From assembly GCA_964626015.1 (NCBI GenBank), contig CAZVCC010000004.1:27599-91598 (forward strand): a DNA stretch of 64,000 nt, given 5' to 3'. Positions 9,943 to 19,998 of the stretch are shown piece after piece (the first letter of the stretch is position 1; every line of letters begins with the position of its first letter). The notes under the pieces were generated by a model. It ran no database searches. It worked only from the letters and a program-made list of their open reading frames with translations, and was not told the origin of the DNA. This DNA comes from an uncultured Ignavibacteriaceae bacterium (GTDB lineage: Bacteria; Bacteroidota; Ignavibacteria; Tepidaquicellales; Tepidaquicellaceae). The translations under genes were made by a program, and so were the position numbers.

Positions 9943-9949
9943 GGTATAA

Positions 9950-10720
9950 ATGCAATCTATTGAAGAAAGCGTTGTCATGGCAATGGACGGTTCTGACAAG
10001 GAAATCTTTCCGTACATGCCTTATATCCTGCAGGATTTGTGGGAAATGGGCTCCGACCCTGACACTATAATCACGCTGATAAATAATAATTTTGATAATC
10101 ACGTGAATTTAAAAGTACTTGATTTAGGGTGCGGCAAAGGTGCTGTTTCGATAAAGATTGCGGATAAGTTTATATGTAACTGTCACGGTATTGATGCTGT
10201 TGAAGACTTTATCCATTTTGCGAGGCAAAAAGCGGTTGAGTATAAAGTTGACAGACTTTGTTCATTTGAAGTAGGCGATATAAGGGAATCCATAGACGAG
10301 CTGTCTGTGTATGATGTGATAATTCTCGGTTCAATCGGTCCAGTTTTCGGTGATTACCAAAAAACACTTTCTATATTCAGGAAGCACTTAGAGAGCGGGG
10401 GAATTATCATTATTGACGATGCTTACATTGAAGATGAAAGTGAATTCAGTCATCCGCTTGTTTTAAAACACAACGAACTAATCAATCAAATTAATTCCTG
10501 CGGTATGAGTCTGGTTGAGACTGTAGCCGCTGAAAAAGAGGAAACTGCGGATGTAAACAGCACTATTCATGAGAAAGTGAAGAAGAGATGTCTTGAACTT
10601 GCAGAAAAACATCCAGAACAAAGGAAGTTGTTCACGGATTTTATTGCTATGCAGGAAGCTCAAATAGATGTATATATGAACAAGGTAATATGTGCGGCTT
10701 TTGTGATTAAACCTGTTTGA
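9950..10720 (+). CDS. Class I SAM-dependent methyltransferase
   Basis: Motif I VLDLGCGKGAVS, followed by the acidic-loop and post-I motifs of the Rossmann-fold methyltransferases. Confidence 0.75.
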   Translation: MQSIEESVVMAMDGSDKEIFPYMPYILQDLWEMGSDPDTIITLINNNFDNHVNLKVLDLGCGKGAVSIKIADKFICNCHGIDAVEDFIHFARQKAVEYKVDRLCSFEVGDIRESIDELSVYDVIILGSIGPVFGDYQKTLSIFRKHLESGGIIIIDDAYIEDESEFSHPLVLKHNELINQINSCGMSLVETVAAEKEETADVNSTIHEKVKKRCLELAEKHPEQRKLFTDFIAMQEAQIDVYMNKVICAAFVIKPV

Positions 10721-10882
10721 AAATGATAAATCCAAGCGGGAGGTAGCATTTTCTCACTTGAAAAATTGTTATGTGGAGGTGCTGTAAGAACATTTTTGGA
10801 CTATTTATGATTGGAGATAGAAAGAATTTTTGAAATTAAAAATTTAGTTATAAATAAATATTAATAAATTAATTTGATCACT

Positions 10883-11293
10883 ATGAAAACAATTAGACTC
10901 TTAATTACAATCTTGCCTGTTATGGCACTCCTTTTGGTTTCTTGCGGCAAAAATACTCAGGAAAATGTTAGCAAAAGCGTGAATAATTACCTGATAGTAC
11001 TTGTAAAATACAAGTCCCAGCCATCAAAAAGTAAAGAAGCTGTTGAAGGTTTGACAAAATTAATTGAAGCCGTAAAAACCGAGCCTAACTTTGTAAATAT
11101 AACAATTCACCTTGACCCGAAAGATGATTCGAATATTTTGCTTTATGAAGAATGGAGTAATGAATCATACTATAATGGTGCACACATGAAAACCGAACAT
11201 TTACAGAAGTTTATGGAAGATTCAAGAGCTTTTCTCGCAGGACCTCCGGAAATCTCACAATGGAAGATTGAAAAAGTATTTAACGCGAAATAA
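10883..11293 (+). CDS. Lipoprotein with an antibiotic-biosynthesis-monooxygenase (ABM)-like domain
   Basis: Lipobox LLVSCGK. ABM-like LLYEEWSNESYYNGAHMKTEHLQKFM. ATG 10883 is preferred over the listed TTG 10874. Confidence 0.6.
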   Translation: MKTIRLLITILPVMALLLVSCGKNTQENVSKSVNNYLIVLVKYKSQPSKSKEAVEGLTKLIEAVKTEPNFVNITIHLDPKDDSNILLYEEWSNESYYNGAHMKTEHLQKFMEDSRAFLAGPPEISQWKIEKVFNAK

Positions 11294-11688
11294 ATATAAA
11301 AAACAGTACACTTCTAAATATGTTCCGTATCGGTTAATATATATAAATTGCCGTATAGTTCAAACACCAAGTTGTATAAACCATTTAAGTATAATCGGCT
11401 GAATAAGAGACTAATAATAAAGCTGTAAAGAATAAATCTCAAAAATTTCTTATTCTCCTTCCAAAAATTGCTTACGACATTACAGGTTGTTTATGATTTT
11501 AAGTTATTTTATCCAGTAACTTAATCCCGCGATTAAATTACCAAATATAAATATGTAAAGACAACCTTTATCACTCTCATATATATTGCAGAAACATATT
11601 ATATGTATTATCTTAAACGCAATAGTTCAAAAATATGTGAAATTAATTTTGGTTCTAATAATCTTGATTAATTATAAAACAATCTTTT

Positions 11689-12186
11689 ATGATATATTCT
11701 AATGAAAAAGTCAGAAGACAGGACAGACTACTTGACGAAATGGATGCAGTCAAGCTTTTAAAAGATAGTGAATATGGTGTCCTCTCGATGTATTCAGAAG
11801 ATGAGGGTATTTATGCAGTTCCTGTTAATCATGTCTGGGATGGAAAAGATTCACTTTATTTTCATTGTGCAACAGAAGGGAAAAAACTTAAAATATTGGA
11901 TGAAAATAATTCTGTCACATACTGTATCGTTGGTGAGACAAATGTTATCTCAAAAAAGTTTACATCGGAATATGAAAGCATAATTCTTGAAGGAAAAGTA
12001 TACAGGAATCTGCCGGAAGTAGAACGAATGATGGCTTTAGAAATAATGCTAGATAAATATTCACCCGGGGATAAAACAGTAGGTATGATATACGCAGAAA
12101 AGTCGTTTAACAGAACAGAGATATTAAGAATGGACGTTGAAACATGGTCTGGAAAGTCAAGAAAATTTATAGTACCAAAGAAATGA
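11689..12186 (+). CDS. Pyridoxamine 5'-phosphate oxidase-like FMN-binding family protein
   Basis: Split-barrel family pattern RRQDR...YGVLSM...YAVPVNHVWDG..LYFHCATEGKKLKIL. Confidence 0.7.
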   Translation: MIYSNEKVRRQDRLLDEMDAVKLLKDSEYGVLSMYSEDEGIYAVPVNHVWDGKDSLYFHCATEGKKLKILDENNSVTYCIVGETNVISKKFTSEYESIILEGKVYRNLPEVERMMALEIMLDKYSPGDKTVGMIYAEKSFNRTEILRMDVETWSGKSRKFIVPKK

Positions 12187-12699
12187 ATTCAGTTTCTTTT
12201 GTTTTTTTCTTAGAAAATAACTTATAGATATAATCCTGAACCATCTTCAGATATGTAACAGATCTTTTGAATATTCCTTAGATAAAAAAATTTCAAGTGA
12301 TGGTCATTTATTTCCAATGATTCTGAATAATCCGGGTTTTACATTCATACCATTTATAATTATAAATTCCACTTTTTATTATTTCTTACTCTCCCCACAA
12401 ATTATTTTATTGACATTTCTTATAAGATTTAATAAGTTACCAAAGAGGAATAAGAGGAATATAAACGAAGAGTCTCGAATTTGTACATGTTCCAAACGCA
12501 AATCGCATAGTTAAGATTATAAAGAGGTTTTCCTTTCTAAAAATTTCTAACTTTTAAGTTTTTCAGTTTTATCAGTGTATTTGTAAACGGTTTAGTTTTA
12601 ATTTGATTTTGTTGTTTCGAAACGAATAACTTTTTTAAAATTAACTAATTAAGCTTTGCTTGCAATAACTGCAAGATTGAAAACCATAATTTTATAACA

Positions 12700-14016
12700 A
12701 TGAAAAAATTATTAACTGCACTTCTGATTCTGATTTGTAATATTGCAATTTCCCAAACAGGTTGGTATTTGCAAACAACACAAACAACGAAAAGTTTACA
12801 GGACATTTTCTTCATAAATTCTCAGACAGGCTGGGCATGCGGAGATTCCGGCATAATTATAAAAACAACTAACAGCGGAATAAACTGGGTTAATAAAGCT
12901 GCATTTACAAATCTTTCTTTGCGTTCTATAAGATTTTCTGACGCAAATTATGGTTATGTTGCAGGTGGTAGACAAACTTCCGACCCATTTTGTATCGATG
13001 AAGATATACTCGCAAAGACAACGGATGGTGGAGAGACTTGGATTGTTCTTTTATCAAATGACACTTGGGACGTTTTTTACGACCTTGCAATTATAAATAA
13101 AGATACAGCATTCGCAACTTTTGCAGGTACTGATAATTCCTGTATGGCAGCGTCAGGTGGTACGTACAGAACATTAAATTCAGGAGGCAATTGGAATTAT
13201 TCTGGCGGAGGATGGATGAATGGTATTTCATTTATAAACTCAACTACCGGCTGGGTTACTTCATTTAGTATTGGTGATATTCTGATTGGATATTTTTCGG
13301 TTTTTAAAACAACCAATACAGGTGTGAATTGGAACGTAGTTTATCGTGACACTTCTTTTGGAGGTTCATATATCGGAAAAATTAGATTTGTTGATGAAAA
13401 CAATGGCTTTTGTTTCTATAAGATGCTTCGCAAAACCACTAATGGGGGTATCAACTGGCAAAAAGTTGATTCAGTATCAACTTATGGTGTAATAAGTTTC
13501 GCCCCTATAAATAAAGATACGATTTGGATAGTACATAATTTAACCAACGTAAAAAGAACAAACAACGGCGGACTAAACTGGACTCAGCAATTTACAGCAG
13601 CAGGTTTAAATTCAATTTATTTCTTAGATGAAAATACGGGCTGGATTGCCGGCAGCAACGGATTTGTTTATAAAACAATAACTGGCGGTTTGACAGGTAT
13701 TCAGAATGTATCATTTGAAATCCCTTCATCTTATTCATTAGAGCAGAATTATCCAAACCCGTTTAATTCAACGACAAAGATAAGGTTTGATGTGCCTTAT
13801 ACTTTTTTATCCCCACATGGTCTTGGCGGGGATCTCATTACTCTTAGTGTTTTTGACATTACAGGCCGCGAAGTCCAAAAACTTGTAAACGAAAGACTTT
13901 CACCCGGTACTTACTCCGTTGACTGGAATGCGTCGGATTTCCCGAGCGGAGTATATTTCTACAGATTGCAAGCAGGTGATTATATTATGACAAAACGTAT
14001 GTTGATGATTAAGTGA
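12700..14016 (+). CDS. BNR/Asp-box beta-propeller protein (Ycf48-like) with a T9SS C-terminal sorting domain
   Basis: Repeated TTNSGINW, TTDGGETW, LNSGGNW, TTNTGVNW, TTNGGINW and TNNGGLNW. The CTD is LEQNYPNPFNSTTKIRFDV...GVYFYRL. Confidence 0.85.
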   Translation: MKKLLTALLILICNIAISQTGWYLQTTQTTKSLQDIFFINSQTGWACGDSGIIIKTTNSGINWVNKAAFTNLSLRSIRFSDANYGYVAGGRQTSDPFCIDEDILAKTTDGGETWIVLLSNDTWDVFYDLAIINKDTAFATFAGTDNSCMAASGGTYRTLNSGGNWNYSGGGWMNGISFINSTTGWVTSFSIGDILIGYFSVFKTTNTGVNWNVVYRDTSFGGSYIGKIRFVDENNGFCFYKMLRKTTNGGINWQKVDSVSTYGVISFAPINKDTIWIVHNLTNVKRTNNGGLNWTQQFTAAGLNSIYFLDENTGWIAGSNGFVYKTITGGLTGIQNVSFEIPSSYSLEQNYPNPFNSTTKIRFDVPYTFLSPHGLGGDLITLSVFDITGREVQKLVNERLSPGTYSVDWNASDFPSGVYFYRLQAGDYIMTKRMLMIK

Positions 14017-14090
14017 TAAGAGTCACTTAATCAGAAATCCCGATAGTAAAGCGTATCGGGGACTTTAATAAAATAAGTATTATTATCCCT

Positions 14091-14127
14091 AGCTCCTTCT
14101 TATGATTTTTTGGAAGGAGCTTTTTTA
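14091..14127 (+). terminator. Rho-independent terminator, abutting the 3' end of the convergent disrupted gene
   Basis: agctccttc (13-nt loop) gaaggagct followed by tttttt. Confidence 0.75.
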
Positions 14128-14643
14128 TTGATATGAAATGAAAACCCCTATACCTAAGTAAGATGATTTTGTGCACTATGTTCCGTTTACAAGAAATCCA
14201 AAATTTGGGGTGAGTTTAAATTTTAAGTCGCCGCCTGCTTTTAAGTATATTTTCCCCGTACCTGAACCTGATTCAAACTGTAGTGTCGTTCCTGCATAAG
14301 TATCAAGCTGGACTATCTTTCATTCTATTGATAATCTTGCTAAGCCGTTTATATTCGTAAATGGCGAACCGTCTTCAGGTCCTCCAACTGTGCTTTTCCA
14401 GATTTCATCAGCTCCAAAACGAAAACCAAGTGACCGCCAGGTCTTATCTTTGTTTCGGTTGCTGAATAAATCGAAATCAATTGCTCCGCCAATTTTAGGA
14501 ACAAATACTATCGAGGATGCATCAATCTATACGCTTCTGAATTGTGGATTGTATTCAAAGTCTGAAGTATCAGCTTTATTCTGTGAGTAGCTGATATTCG
14601 CTATTACTGAAATCATAATAACCAAAAATATTATTCTTTTCAT
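14125..14643 (-). pseudogene. Small outer-membrane beta-barrel-like protein gene interrupted by three in-frame stop codons
   Basis: A hand translation of the minus strand gives one 173-codon frame. It starts MKRIIFLVIMISVIANISYSQ (signal peptide) and shows alternating beta-strand patterns (WRSLGFRFGADEIW, KIYLKAGGDLKFKL, LGIGVFISYQ). In-frame stops are TAG (14527-14529), TGA (14320-14322) and TAG (14176-14178). The terminal TAA is at 14125-14127, next to the terminator hairpin. No frameshift is needed. Confidence 0.6.
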
Positions 14644-14735
14644 AAACTCATTTGTTAATAAAAATTGTTGTAACCTATACTTTCTTTGCGTTATTGACTA
14701 TTCTTAATTTTTAACCTTTTAAAAATTATTCTTTG

Positions 14736-14825
14736 TTCTCTTTGTCGCAGATCCGCCGTCTTGTTGGGCGGACGCTCTCTGCGTACTTTGCGGTAAAATA
14801 TGTTATAATATTTCTTCTTTGTTTG
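14736..14825. repeat. Copy B of the conserved intergenic element with a central GC hairpin
   Basis: TTCTCTTTGTCG, hairpin ccgcc-gtcttgttg-ggcgg, CTCTCTGCGTACTTTGCGGTAAAAT and ATTTCTTCTTTGTTTG. These line up with copy A at 8991-9085. Confidence 0.55.
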
Positions 14826-14858
14826 AATCAATTGCTGTGTTCTGTGCTTTAAATATTA

Positions 14859-15716
14859 TCACTCAATCCATCGTCTTACAACAAATTCTTGGTTTTTCCA
14901 TGCACGTTTTCCGAATTGATTAACAGGTTTATGTCTTTCCATTATTTTTGATAATCGGGCTTTCAGTTCTGTTGTATGTACTCCTGAATTAGGAGACGAT
15001 TCAATACCCGTGTTTTCATCGAGAACTATAACTACATGCCCTTTGACTACAATCAGGTCGAGCGGTTTAAGCAAAGGCATAATCTCTTCAAGCGTCTTAT
15101 CTTCTATATCAACTGCATCACCAAAAGATAATAGCGAAGAAGTATTTCGCGGCGTATATCCGTCAGTTGCCTGATACAGCAGCCCCGAGCAGTCAACTCC
15201 TTTTAAAATCCAGAGTGATTCCGTTGTCTCATCTATCTCGTTTTTTGGTGGATAGTAATTCAGCATGGGGTATATTCCGTAAGCGTAATTACCGCCCCAC
15301 ATGTATGGATATCCTATTAACGACTTCATTAATTTCAGAATATCTTCTTTAACGGGTTTCTCTATTCTTCGTTGCTCAGGTTTTGTATTATAAGTCGTTA
15401 CCATTCTGCTGTCAACATAGAAATCTCCTTTGTACTTGTATTCATCCGTGGTGACTTTAAAGTATTTCAGATTTCTGTCGTCGAATTCAGCAACTTCAAT
15501 AATCTCAAAAACCGTTCCCGGGATAGCAATAAACTCCATTTCTCCAATAAGTCCTCGGCTGTCGAGTTTTACCGATGAACCGTCATCTCCTCCAAACACA
15601 AGGAAGAAATTGTATGTATTAAGAACAGGTGTATATTCATTCGCTGTTGCATATTTCTGTGAGTAGGCATTTGTAAAGAAAAAGAAAAGCAGTATTATTA
15701 TATAAAGTTTTTTCAT
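14859..15716 (-). CDS. NlpC/P60 family (C40) cell-wall peptidase with an N-terminal SH3-like region
   Basis: Signal peptide. YPYMWGGN, GVDCSGLLYQ (catalytic Cys) and KGHVVIVLD (His). Confidence 0.85.
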   Translation of the reverse strand: MKKLYIIILLFFFFTNAYSQKYATANEYTPVLNTYNFFLVFGGDDGSSVKLDSRGLIGEMEFIAIPGTVFEIIEVAEFDDRNLKYFKVTTDEYKYKGDFYVDSRMVTTYNTKPEQRRIEKPVKEDILKLMKSLIGYPYMWGGNYAYGIYPMLNYYPPKNEIDETTESLWILKGVDCSGLLYQATDGYTPRNTSSLLSFGDAVDIEDKTLEEIMPLLKPLDLIVVKGHVVIVLDENTGIESSPNSGVHTTELKARLSKIMERHKPVNQFGKRAWKNQEFVVRRWIE

Positions 15717-15778
15717 TCAAATAAATTTTTAATATGATTAAATTTGAAACAATATAAATATACCTCTATATATTGAAA

Positions 15779-17995
15779 ATGATAAAACTTATCGCTGTTT
15801 TTACTTTAATGATTACAGTGAACGTTTATTCTCAGGTCGTAATAAATGAGTTAATGTATGCGCCCGTTTCCCCTGCAAAGGAATGGTTTGAAATTTATAA
15901 TAGCTCATCAGCACCGGTTAACCTCCAAAACTGGAAATGGAAGGATGCGGCTGTAACAAACCCCGTCAGAACAATTACTACCTCTAACATTCTTTTAAAC
16001 GGAAATTCTTACGCTGTGATTTGCGAAGACTCTGCAAACTTCAGGATTAATTATCCGAATGCATCGGGTTTAATAATTCAGTCAATCGGCTGGAATGCAT
16101 TGAATAATTCGGGAAGTGAAAGTCTTGTTCTAAAGAACAATACCGGCACGAATGTAGATAGCCTTGCCTACACAAACAGCTGGGGAGGTACAGGGGGTTT
16201 TTCTCTCGAAAGAATTAATCCTATTGCACCCACAAATCTGCAAAGTAACTGGGGCAGCTCTATTGCACCCCTTAAAGCAACACCCGGCAGACAGAACTCC
16301 ATCACTCCGAAACAAAATGATTTGATGCTTAAAAGTTTTATTATCTCTCCTGTTTTTCCAAATACGGGCGACACATTGAAACATGATTTCGTTATAAAGA
16401 ATTTAGGTATTAATCAGGCAAGTAATTTTTCACTTAATATCTATACGGATTTGAATTTCGACAGTATAGCTTTGCCGAATGAATTGATTTATCAGCAAGG
16501 TTTTACGTCTGCACTGAATCAGGGCGATACAGTAATCTACAGGTATTCAATACCGAACATTGACAGCGGTAAAAAACAATACATCGGTATTGTTGCATGG
16601 ACACCCGATGAAGACACACTGAATAATAAGCTTGTAAGAAGTGTAACCGTTGGAGGGCAGGCAGTGCTGACGGGTATTCTTATTAATGAAATAATGTACA
16701 GCCCGCAAAATCCTGAACCCGAATGGGTGGAATTATATAATAATTCCAATACAACAATTAACATTAAAAACTGGAAGATTGCAGACGAAACAACAATTAC
16801 TTCGCCTGTTACAATCACATCTTCTGACAGGATTATTAATGCGGGTGATTACTTAGTCGTAGCAAAAAGCAATGCCCTCGCACCTTTGCATCCGCTCATT
16901 GATACAAATAAAGTAGTTTATCTTTCGGGATTGCCGGCATTTAATAATGACGTTGACAGGGTAGTGATTTTTAATAATGCTTTGGCTATTGTTGATGAGA
17001 TTACATACCGTTCATCGTGGACTGGCAGCAGCAGAAATTCACTCGAAAGAATATCCTTCAACAAACCATCTCAGGATTCAACGAACTGGATGACGTCTCT
17101 GGATTGTGAATTCTCGTCACCGACAAGAATGAATTCTTTTACTGGTGTAATCTCTGGAAATAAAAATGATTTATTAATAAATGAAATAATGTTCGACCCG
17201 CTCACTACAAGCTGCGAGTGGATTGAACTGTATAATAACTCAGGTAAATATTTAAGCCTCAATGGATGGAAAGCAATCGTCGGAACAAAGAGCATTAATA
17301 TTTTTTCCGATTGTAAATTCTATCTTCAGCCGAATTCGTATCTTGTCCTTGCGGCTGATTCAACCTTGTATAACAGGTTTGGTTTTCTCCAAAGTACATC
17401 AGATAGTTCAAGAAGAGTTTTGCTGAACAGTAATCTTTCACTCGTGAATACGGGTACACTTATAAAAGTGGCAGACGTACAGAATAGCATTATCGACTCG
17501 CTTATTTACTCGGATAAATGGCACAACAATAATTTACCCGATACAAAGGGTTATTCGCTCGAAAGAATAAATATATCTTTGCCCTCGACTCTTCCTTCAA
17601 ACTGGAGCAGCTCTGCCGACCCGCTTGGCGGTACTCCGGGAAAGAAGAACAGTATTTATACGTCGAACAATAAAGAAACTTCTCTGAGTATAAGTCCTAA
17701 TCCGTTCTCTCCCGACGGTGACGGGTGGGAAGATTTTACAATAATAAAATACAAACTGAAATCAAACACTGCTCAGGTACGCGTCAAAATATTCGACGTG
17801 AAAGGAAGAATGATAAAATCACTTCTCAATAATCATATTAGCGGAAGTGAATCGCAGATTATTTTCGACGGTAAAGATGACAGCGGCGAAAAGCTGAGAG
17901 TCGGCATATACGTTGCTTTTCTGGAAGCTGTTGATGATAACGGAGGTACAATCGAACAAATAAAAGCAACTTTTGTGGTTGCTGCAAAGTTATAA
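15779..17995 (+). CDS. Secreted protein with three lamin-tail domains (LTD) and a C-terminal FlgD-Ig/CTD-like domain
   Basis: Three repeats of the xINE(L/I)M(Y/F)xP...EW(F/V/I)E(I/L)YN...NWK / GWK signature. The C-terminus is ISPNPFSPDGDGWEDF...VKIFDVKGRMIK. ATG 15779 is preferred over the listed TTG 15773. Confidence 0.85.
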   Translation: MIKLIAVFTLMITVNVYSQVVINELMYAPVSPAKEWFEIYNSSSAPVNLQNWKWKDAAVTNPVRTITTSNILLNGNSYAVICEDSANFRINYPNASGLIIQSIGWNALNNSGSESLVLKNNTGTNVDSLAYTNSWGGTGGFSLERINPIAPTNLQSNWGSSIAPLKATPGRQNSITPKQNDLMLKSFIISPVFPNTGDTLKHDFVIKNLGINQASNFSLNIYTDLNFDSIALPNELIYQQGFTSALNQGDTVIYRYSIPNIDSGKKQYIGIVAWTPDEDTLNNKLVRSVTVGGQAVLTGILINEIMYSPQNPEPEWVELYNNSNTTINIKNWKIADETTITSPVTITSSDRIINAGDYLVVAKSNALAPLHPLIDTNKVVYLSGLPAFNNDVDRVVIFNNALAIVDEITYRSSWTGSSRNSLERISFNKPSQDSTNWMTSLDCEFSSPTRMNSFTGVISGNKNDLLINEIMFDPLTTSCEWIELYNNSGKYLSLNGWKAIVGTKSINIFSDCKFYLQPNSYLVLAADSTLYNRFGFLQSTSDSSRRVLLNSNLSLVNTGTLIKVADVQNSIIDSLIYSDKWHNNNLPDTKGYSLERINISLPSTLPSNWSSSADPLGGTPGKKNSIYTSNNKETSLSISPNPFSPDGDGWEDFTIIKYKLKSNTAQVRVKIFDVKGRMIKSLLNNHISGSESQIIFDGKDDSGEKLRVGIYVAFLEAVDDNGGTIEQIKATFVVAAKL

Positions 17996-17999
17996 TGTC

Positions 18000-19997
18000 A
18001 TGATGCAAAATAAGAAAATACTATATTTAATCGTCGCACTTGCGGCATTCTTTGTCTATTACAATTCGTTATTTAATGATTTTGTTTTCGACGATGAAAG
18101 CGTTGTCCAGAATAACCAGTCTATTACTGTGTTATCAAACATCCCAAAGTTCTTCACGGCTGAAGAAGGGTTCCATAAGGTCATAGGCAGGTACTACCGC
18201 CCTGTTGTGTCTTCGCTTTATGCGGTTGATTATGCTTTGTGGGGGATGGAGCCGTTTGGCTTTCATCTCACGAATGTTATCATTCATACTATCGCTGCAT
18301 TGTTACTCTTAATGATATTGATAAAAATTTTTGGTGAGTTTAAGTTCGGAATGATGTCGGCTTTGTTAAGTGCGCTGATTTTTGCTGTGCATCCTGTTCA
18401 CACCGAAGCTGTAAGCTGGATAAGTGGAAGGACAGATTCTCTGACCACGATGTTCTTCTTTCTTTCCTTTCTGTTTTATATTAAATATTCCGATGAAGGA
18501 AATTCAAAATCAATACTTGCTGTTTCTTTGATTGCTTATTTTCTTGGTCTCCTTTCAAAGGAAATGATTGTTACAACTCCTGTTCTATTGTTTGTGTATG
18601 ATTATTTCTTCAGAAAAAGAAGATTAGATTGGTTTAAAAAGAATATCCTGCCTTATGCTTTATTTATCTTGGTTACGGTTATTTTCGTTTTAATAAGATA
18701 CCTTGTCCTGAAGGATGTTGTTGACAGAACCACTTACATGTATTTTTACGGAGAGGAGACTTCAACGGCATTCTATACGATGCTGAAGACAATCCCTGTT
18801 TATTTCAGACTGCTGATTGTCCCCGTGAATCTTCTATATCATTATAACGGAGTGATGGCCGATTCATATTCTTTCACCGATTTTAAGGTAATCCTTTCTA
18901 TTCTGTTCATTATCGCTATGCTCGTTATTTCTTTTTACCTGCAGAAGAAATATGGTGAAGTCTCATTTACAATTTTGTTCTTCTTTATTTCATTACTGCC
19001 GGTAATGAATATAATCCCGACAATGAACTTCATGGCAGAAAGATTTTTGTATCTTTCTTCATTTGCTCTATCAATATTCATATCATTCGTTATTGTCAGG
19101 TATGCTAATGAAAAGAATAAAAATATTTTTGCTGTACTGTCTCTGCTGGTTATAATTGCTTTTGCATATTTTACTGTAAACAGAAATGCAGAATGGAAGA
19201 ATAACGAAACGCTTTATATGACCGCCGACGGTAAAGACGGAAGCATCCTTCTCGTCAATGCCGGAAATATGTATGCCAATAAAAAGAATTATGATGAGGC
19301 TGAAAAAAGATACAGGCGTGCTATTGAGATTCGTGATAACTCAGTGCTGGCACATCATAATCTCGGTTTGATATTTCTAATTAAAGGTGATTATGACTCA
19401 GCAGAAATAAAATTTCGCAAGGGAATATCAATAGATAGTCTCGCACCCGACGGCTATTTTCAATTAAGTAATATCTATCAGCAAAGGAGTAACATTCCTG
19501 AAGCAATTCGGATGCTTGAAAAACTTCAAACCATCGTTCCGAATTATAGGGAGTCGAAAAGCATTCTGGATATGCTGAAATCAGGGCAGGGGAGTGTTGA
19601 GAATATTATACCCGAAAATTTATCAGAAAGCGTGCAAAAAAACCAGCTTGCAATTTACGAAAAACGCTCTTTCCAGTTTTATCAGGAAGGAAAGTTTGAA
19701 GACGCGATTAAAGACCTGAATGAAGCCGTTAAGCTGAATCCTGCTTCTGCTTCGGGATACCTTAATAATATTGCTATGTGCTATTTAGGCTTGAACAATA
19801 AAGAGAAGGCGAAAGAGTATTTCAATAAAGCCATAGAAAAAGACAATAAAAATATTAATGCCTACGGCGGACTCGCAGATGTTTATCTTAATGAAGGTAA
19901 TAATTCAAAAGCAAAAGAAGTTTATGCAAAGATTCTAAGTATTAACCCCCAGGATATTAATGCAAAGGTAAAACTTGACTCATTGAACGGGAAATAG
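18000..19997 (+). CDS. TMTC-like GT-C membrane glycosyltransferase fused to C-terminal TPR repeats
   Basis: The N-terminal polytopic region carries YYNSLFNDFVFDD, YYRPV, FHLTNVIIH and FAVHPVHTEAVSWISGRTD. As I recall them, these match the conserved TMTC/DUF1736 motifs. The C-terminal roughly 250 aa are TPR-like. ATG 18000 lies 4 nt after the upstream stop, whereas the listed start at 17973 overlaps the upstream gene. Confidence 0.8.
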   Translation: MMQNKKILYLIVALAAFFVYYNSLFNDFVFDDESVVQNNQSITVLSNIPKFFTAEEGFHKVIGRYYRPVVSSLYAVDYALWGMEPFGFHLTNVIIHTIAALLLLMILIKIFGEFKFGMMSALLSALIFAVHPVHTEAVSWISGRTDSLTTMFFFLSFLFYIKYSDEGNSKSILAVSLIAYFLGLLSKEMIVTTPVLLFVYDYFFRKRRLDWFKKNILPYALFILVTVIFVLIRYLVLKDVVDRTTYMYFYGEETSTAFYTMLKTIPVYFRLLIVPVNLLYHYNGVMADSYSFTDFKVILSILFIIAMLVISFYLQKKYGEVSFTILFFFISLLPVMNIIPTMNFMAERFLYLSSFALSIFISFVIVRYANEKNKNIFAVLSLLVIIAFAYFTVNRNAEWKNNETLYMTADGKDGSILLVNAGNMYANKKNYDEAEKRYRRAIEIRDNSVLAHHNLGLIFLIKGDYDSAEIKFRKGISIDSLAPDGYFQLSNIYQQRSNIPEAIRMLEKLQTIVPNYRESKSILDMLKSGQGSVENIIPENLSESVQKNQLAIYEKRSFQFYQEGKFEDAIKDLNEAVKLNPASASGYLNNIAMCYLGLNNKEKAKEYFNKAIEKDNKNINAYGGLADVYLNEGNNSKAKEVYAKILSINPQDINAKVKLDSLNGK

Positions 19998-19998
19998 A

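Noticed and set aside
17973-17999. Listed upstream starts that overlap preceding genes: 17973 for the TMTC-like gene, 56474 for the AtpI-like gene, 56266 for AtpZ and 5462 for deoA
   Set aside because: In each case a downstream ATG gives a typical N-terminus and removes an implausible overlap or a non-conserved extension. The coordinates were adjusted accordingly.
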